Shown here one piece after another: positions 59,268 to 64,000 of a stretch of 64,000 nt of DNA. Numbering within the stretch: position 1 is the first letter of the stretch; each line of letters begins with the position of its first letter. Below the pieces are notes generated by a model. That model worked only from the letters and a program-made list of their open reading frames with translations, was not told the DNA's origin and did not search any database. The translations under genes were made by a program, and so were the position numbers. Source of the DNA: an uncultured Verrucomicrobiota bacterium (GTDB lineage Bacteria > Verrucomicrobiota > Verrucomicrobiia > Limisphaerales > SXQI01); NCBI GenBank assembly GCA_964566945.1, contig CAZMKE010000008.1:81222-145221 (forward strand), read 5' to 3'.

Positions 59268-59969
59268 TCACAGCCCGAAGGATTGGGGGGACCGCTGCAG
59301 GAGTTCAGTTACATTGTTGGAATTCACCAGCAGATAACGCTCCCGAAAGTCGGCCACCGTCCCGGCAATTGAACGGGAGACCACTGCGGCCACCAGTTTG
59401 CCCGATGAGAATGCCGCCGCGATCTCCGAGGCGTCCCCAAGAATCCGCCAATCCGGCAGAAGCAGCGCAAACCGCGGCGGGCCCGATTTGCTCCAGGTTT
59501 CCATCGCGCCCAGATTGACCGGCAAGCCGATCAGGCTGACGGCGAGATCGCAGTCTGGATGGGACTTGAGCAACGCATCGAAGGCAGAACTCTCAATGAG
59601 GAAACTGAGCGGATTGGGGCTCTTCGGATCGATCGGGATCGACGCCGGATTGGCCAAAACCGATGGCTTTACCGCCGGGAAATCGACGGTCAGCGCCGGA
59701 CCGTTCCGCAAGCCGGTCTTGAGGCCGGCAACACCGGCGCGCTGAAAATCGCGCACCTGGGCCGAAGGGTTCGGCAGCTGAGAGAAGGGATTGCCGACCA
59801 CGAGCACCGCCTTGGGTCGGATCGTTTGGCGAATAAAATCGCCGAGCAACTGCGTGGCGAATTCGCGCTCCGAAATTGCCGGCCGGCTTTGGCGCCAGGC
59901 CAGGTATCCGCCGGCTCCTGCCAAAATCACGACGATTAAAATAATCGCCCCTTTACGTCCCAATGACAT
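59268..59969 (-). CDS. membrane-anchored hypothetical protein (233 aa)
   Basis: The ATG at 59969 gives MSLGRKGAIILIVVILAGAGGYLAW, an N-terminal TM helix. The longer track ORF overlaps the upstream pilin-like gene out of frame and was rejected. Confidence 0.5.
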   Translation of the reverse strand: MSLGRKGAIILIVVILAGAGGYLAWRQSRPAISEREFATQLLGDFIRQTIRPKAVLVVGNPFSQLPNPSAQVRDFQRAGVAGLKTGLRNGPALTVDFPAVKPSVLANPASIPIDPKSPNPLSFLIESSAFDALLKSHPDCDLAVSLIGLPVNLGAMETWSKSGPPRFALLLPDWRILGDASEIAAAFSSGKLVAAVVSRSIAGTVADFRERYLLVNSNNVTELLQRSPQSFGL

Positions 59970-59977
59970 CCGCAAGC

Positions 59978-60616
59978 CTAAAAGTAGGCTGGAATGTCGT
60001 CTTTCGTAAAGAGGCCTGTGATCCCGAGAAACTCCAAACGCGACGAACCGCAGCTCTCGACATGGCCATCCAGGAAAAGACCGTCCGCCCGCGAGTTGTG
60101 GCGGGCATGGACCTCCTTTTCCGAAGCGGCTCGAAAGAAATAGTACTGTTCGGCGCCCACGCCTCCTTTGCCCCGGCTGGTGGTGTCCGCCACGTGCAGA
60201 TAATCGACCGGCCTCTCCACCGCATCCTTTTTCAGAATTTCCCGAAACGCCCCCGACACGGAATTGCTCGGAGGATCCTGCCGGACACCGAACGTCTTGA
60301 CCCAATTTGTGAACCGGTACGGGGAGTAAGTCGGGCAAACAAAAATGTCGTAGGATTTCAGATTCTGGTTCGTCGCCAGAAGACTGGCCCAGGTGATGCC
60401 CGGTGTGAGAGGCGTGCCGTCAATCTGAATGCGGCCATTGAAATCATCCGCGTAAATCAAGGAGCCGAGGCCGATCTGCTTGAGGTTATTGGCGCATTGG
60501 GTTTGTTTGGCCTTGCTCTTGGCTTTGGTCAGCGCCGGCAGGAGCATTCCCGCGAGGATCGCAATGATCGCAACGACGACCAGCAATTCGATCAGCGTAA
60601 ACCCCGTCCGTTTCAT
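59978..60616 (-). CDS. prepilin-type N-terminal cleavage/methylation domain protein, DUF1559 (H-X9-DG) family
   Basis: It has the N-terminus [29 protein letters not shown] and the C-terminal block [15 protein letters not shown]. Confidence 0.88.
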   Translation of the reverse strand: MKRTGFTLIELLVVVAIIAILAGMLLPALTKAKSKAKQTQCANNLKQIGLGSLIYADDFNGRIQIDGTPLTPGITWASLLATNQNLKSYDIFVCPTYSPYRFTNWVKTFGVRQDPPSNSVSGAFREILKKDAVERPVDYLHVADTTSRGKGGVGAEQYYFFRAASEKEVHARHNSRADGLFLDGHVESCGSSRLEFLGITGLFTKDDIPAYF

Positions 60617-60793
60617 TTCCTCTTTGATTGCCAGGGAAGGTAAATGAGGAGAAACGGGCTCTCAAACGACTTCCTTCCTGTGCCTTGGAACGCACGGCGC
60701 CTAATCAAAACGAATCAGCACCCCCGCCAAAAAGAAGAAAGCCGCCCCCGCCGGAAGGCGGGGGCGGCGCGAGAACCGTTTCGGGCGTGAGCG

Positions 60794-62311
60794 TTAGTTG
60801 CTGTGGTAGGCTTCTTCGCCGTGTTCCGCCAGATCGAGGCCGATCGTCTCGACTTCCTCGCTGGCGCGCAGTCCAACTACCGCTTTCACGATGAATGCGA
60901 TCACCAGGGTGCCGACAATCGCGAGAACGAGCGTGAGCGCGACTGCCTTGACCTGCTCCATCCAGAGCCCGCCGTTGGCGACAAGGGCTGCGAGGCCGTT
61001 TTGTTTCGCGTAGCTGTTCGCGTCAGTCAGGTTCGAGTTGACGCTCGAGGTCGCCAAAAACCCCGTAAGGAGCGCGCCCATGGTGCCGCCGACCGCATGC
61101 ACGCCGAAGGTATCGAGCGCGTCGTCATAGCCGAACATGCCCTTGACCTTGGTGCAGAAGATGTAGGGAACAATCGCGGCCAGGACGCCGATGATCACCG
61201 CGCCGTTCGTGCTGATGAAACCGCAAGCTGGAGTCACCACCACCAGGCCAGCCACCGCTCCGGAGCAGAAACCGAGGATACTCGGCTTGCCCTTGAAGAT
61301 GTATTCCAGCAGCGGCCAGACGAAGGAGGCAACGGCCGTGGCGATCGTCGTCGTGGTAAAGGCGTTGGCGGCGACACCGTCAGCAGCCACCGCGCTGCCC
61401 GCGTTGAAGCCGTACCAGCCGACCCAGAGCATGCCCGTGCCGACCATGCAGAGAACCATGCTGTGGGGAGGCATCGGTTCCTTGCCGAAACCGAGGCGCT
61501 TACCGAGGAGCATGCAGAGAATGAGAGCGGACCAACCGGAGGACATGTGAACCACCGTTCCCCCGGCGAAATCGATCGCGCGGATTTTCGCATCACCGTT
61601 CCACACGCCGTTCATCAGGCCGGTCGAGCCCCAGACCATGTGGGCGAGCGGGAAGTAAACCACAAACATCCAGAGAGCGATGAAGAGCATGATCGCCGAA
61701 TACTTCATGCGTTCCGCGATCGCGCCCACGATCAGGGCCGGGGTGATGATCGCGAACATCAGCTGATACATGGAGAACACGTTGTGCGAAACCCAGTAGC
61801 TGTAGTTCGTGTTCGGATTGGAATCGACTCCGTTGAGAAAGGCGAACTTCAAGGTGCCGATGAACGCGCCGCCGCCGTCGCCAAAGACGAGGCTGTAGCC
61901 GCAGAGCCACCAGAGAATGGTGACCAACCCGGCGCAGCCGAGGCATTGCGCGAGCACGGACAAGACGTTCTTCTTGCGAACCAGGCCGCCGTAGAACAGG
62001 GCCAAACCGGGCAAGGTCATAAACAGAACCAACGCCGCAGAGGTCATCATCCAGGCGTTGTGCCCAGGGCCGGAACCGCTGATATTGCTCTTCACTTTGG
62101 CATCGGCCGCGTCAGCGCCGCGAGTGCCGTTGTTAACGTAAGCCTCGAGGTCCGCCACACGTTGAGCAAGATCCGGGTCCGCTTTCTGGCCGGCCGCCGC
62201 CGCCGGAGCGGCGTTTGTCGTGGCGGGCGCTGCATCGGCAGCGGTCGCGCGCCAGGCGGTTAAACTCGCCAAGAGAGTGACAAACAAGATGGAAATGATA
62301 CGTTTCTTCAT
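60794..62311 (-). CDS. amtB: ammonium transporter
   Basis: It has the Amt-family blocks AWMMTSAALVLFMTLPGLALFYGG, DFAGGTVVHMSSG and GVHAVGGTMGALLTG. The N-terminal signal/extension is Ala-rich. Confidence 0.93.
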   Translation of the reverse strand: MKKRIISILFVTLLASLTAWRATAADAAPATTNAAPAAAAGQKADPDLAQRVADLEAYVNNGTRGADAADAKVKSNISGSGPGHNAWMMTSAALVLFMTLPGLALFYGGLVRKKNVLSVLAQCLGCAGLVTILWWLCGYSLVFGDGGGAFIGTLKFAFLNGVDSNPNTNYSYWVSHNVFSMYQLMFAIITPALIVGAIAERMKYSAIMLFIALWMFVVYFPLAHMVWGSTGLMNGVWNGDAKIRAIDFAGGTVVHMSSGWSALILCMLLGKRLGFGKEPMPPHSMVLCMVGTGMLWVGWYGFNAGSAVAADGVAANAFTTTTIATAVASFVWPLLEYIFKGKPSILGFCSGAVAGLVVVTPACGFISTNGAVIIGVLAAIVPYIFCTKVKGMFGYDDALDTFGVHAVGGTMGALLTGFLATSSVNSNLTDANSYAKQNGLAALVANGGLWMEQVKAVALTLVLAIVGTLVIAFIVKAVVGLRASEEVETIGLDLAEHGEEAYHSN

Positions 62312-62332
62312 TGGGGTTCTTCTAATTCGGGG

Positions 62333-62722
<390 letters not shown>

Positions 62723-62757
62723 TCAACCGCGCGGCTGAACGGGACGGAAGGGCCTTT

Positions 62758-62773
62758 AGCAACCGAAATGCCA
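62758..62773 (-). promoter_or_regulatory. putative sigma54 promoter of glnK-amtB
   Basis: The minus strand reads TGGCATttcggTTGCT, against the consensus TGGCAC-N5-TTGCW. The GG-N10-GC spacing is exact. The site lies about 90 nt upstream of the glnK ATG. Confidence 0.65.
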
Positions 62774-62859
62774 CCCGATGACAAACATTTTAGAGCAATC
62801 GCAATCCGCTTTCGGATAACGACTTATAAAACATTTAAGCCTTGGTATGAAATTGGTTC

Positions 62860-62892
62860 TTTTTGAGCATGAAAGCTGCGCGTGCTCAAAAA
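62860..62892. promoter_or_regulatory. perfect 10-nt inverted repeat TTTTTGAGCA-N13-TGCTCAAAAA upstream of the glnK sigma54 promoter (candidate activator site)
   Basis: I read it directly from the sequence. It is centred about 100 bp upstream of the -24 element and has no usable U-tract for termination on either strand. Confidence 0.4.
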
Positions 62893-63015
62893 TCGCCAAT
62901 CTTCAAATTTCTATACAGAGGATTCGGAACGGTGATTTGACCGAAATCTGCCCTTGGAGAAGCTACGGGGCGGAGGGCGGAAGGTGGAGAGATTGGCCGA
63001 GGAGATGGCCGGAAA

Positions 63016-63858
63016 TCAAAGGATACGAATTACCAGCGCGGTGGTGTTGTCTTTCCCGCTTCGAGCGATCGACTCCCGAACCAACGCCTTGGCCCAATTC
63101 TCCCCCGGAGCATTTCCTTCTACAGAACGGAGGAGATCAAACAGATCGGAATCATACAGCCCCTGAACCAGCCCATCCGTGCATAAAAGAAAGGCATCGC
63201 CGGGTTCGCAAGCCACGGCTCCCACTTGTGGAGTGACAAATTGATTCCGCCCGCCGAGGGCTTTCTGCAACAGATTTCGCCGGGGGTGATTCCGGGCCTC
63301 ACGTTCGTTGATCTGACCACTCCGAAAAAGCCAGCCCACGTGGGTGTCATCGTGGCTCAGCTGTTTGATCGCGTCGCTTTGCGCCGGCAGGTAATAAATG
63401 CGGCTGTCTCCGATGTGCGCAAAATGCATCCAGCCTGGATAAAACCAGCACAAGCTCAGCGTTGCCTCCATTCCGCGACACTCCTCGTAGCTCTGCCCGA
63501 GGAATTGCAGCGCGGAATGCACCTGAGAGAAAAGCTCTTCGAGCACGTCCGAACGACCGGCATCGAAACCCGCCGCCGATTGGCGATACGCGCGGGGAAG
63601 GAGCGTGGTGATCTTTTGCACCGCGATTTGGCTGGCGTATTCGCCCGCGTTCGCCCCTCCCATGCCATCGCTGACGGCAAAAGCGAAGTCGAGATGCTCG
63701 GTGCGAGCTTCGCCGGTTGCCCCCAAAAAATGGACTTCACGGGCGTCGAACTGCAGCCCGAGAAAAGCATCTTCGTTGTTTTTGCGGACAGGCCCGCATT
63801 CGGTGCGTCCAGACCAGGCAATCCCCTGGCTGTGAGGGAGTGTTTGAGACGGAACCAT
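63016..63858 (-). CDS. PP2C-family Ser/Thr protein phosphatase
   Basis: It has the blocks RKNNEDAF, AVSDGMGGANAGEYAS and LLCTDGL, which carry the metal-binding Asp residues. Confidence 0.88.
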   Translation of the reverse strand: MVPSQTLPHSQGIAWSGRTECGPVRKNNEDAFLGLQFDAREVHFLGATGEARTEHLDFAFAVSDGMGGANAGEYASQIAVQKITTLLPRAYRQSAAGFDAGRSDVLEELFSQVHSALQFLGQSYEECRGMEATLSLCWFYPGWMHFAHIGDSRIYYLPAQSDAIKQLSHDDTHVGWLFRSGQINEREARNHPRRNLLQKALGGRNQFVTPQVGAVACEPGDAFLLCTDGLVQGLYDSDLFDLLRSVEGNAPGENWAKALVRESIARSGKDNTTALVIRIL

Positions 63859-63871
63859 TGCTCAAGGGGCC

Positions 63872-64000
63872 TTACTCAGCTTTGGGCAGGATGGTCGCCA
63901 ATTCGAAATCCACGACACAAAACCGCCCATCTGCCTGACGGTAAGTCACATTCCGCATGTCAGGATCGTCATGTCGAACCCCATAGGTTTCGAGTTCGGC
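63872..64000 (-). CDS. C-terminal fragment of a protein-kinase-like protein (5' end outside the window)
   Basis: Hand translation gives AELETYGVRHDDPDMRNVTYRQADGRFCVVDFELATILPKAE. This resembles a catalytic-loop H-x-D-x4-N followed by a DFE (DFG-like) motif. The stop is 13 nt before the PP2C start. Confidence 0.4.
   Translation of the reverse strand, partial: AELETYGVRHDDPDMRNVTYRQADGRFCVVDFELATILPKAE

Noticed and set aside
60803-62263. A 486-aa plus-strand ORF.
   Set aside because: It is antisense to amtB, whose identity is unambiguous.

Overview
This is a high-GC chromosomal segment, roughly 60-70% G+C in the coding lines I counted by hand. It most likely comes from a PVC-superphylum bacterium, probably Verrucomicrobiota. 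Supporting markers are a DUF1549/DUF1553 + DUF1501 gene pair, a PVC-type heme-binding dehydrogenase with HEAT repeats, a prepilin-type DUF1559 protein, and several large LamG/Ig-like secreted proteins. I call about 58 tightly packed protein-coding genes, many with 1-8 nt gaps or overlaps. I found no rRNA, tRNA, CRISPR array, transposase or integrase by eye. Recognisable housekeeping genes are msrA, purU, recO-ybeY-phoH-HIT, argH, mtnA and glnK-amtB. The most interesting items are listed below.
(1) A Tat-signal LodA/GoxA-like cysteine-tryptophylquinone oxidase is followed by a LodB-like flavoprotein, with an unexpected 2x[4Fe-4S] ferredoxin gene between them (35238-39309).
(2) A 901-aa ECF sigma factor is fused to about 7 TM helices and a periplasmic prenyltransferase-like domain (45177-47882).
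(3) A 2-kb AT-rich island lies just after the lodB-like gene. It contains a promoter/terminator-bounded candidate sRNA, two coupled small ORFs, and an HNH endonuclease gene interrupted by an in-frame TGA and bracketed by perfect 11-bp hairpins (39310-41371).
(4) Three good sigma54-type promoters are present. Two are divergent, lie next to a sigma54 enhancer-binding two-component system, and drive a small-stress-protein operon that is mostly absent from the ORF track. The third lies upstream of glnK-amtB.
(5) Three otherwise unrelated secreted proteins share a C-terminal FFR[L/T] tail.
The many long antisense ORFs are artefacts of the high GC content and were rejected.
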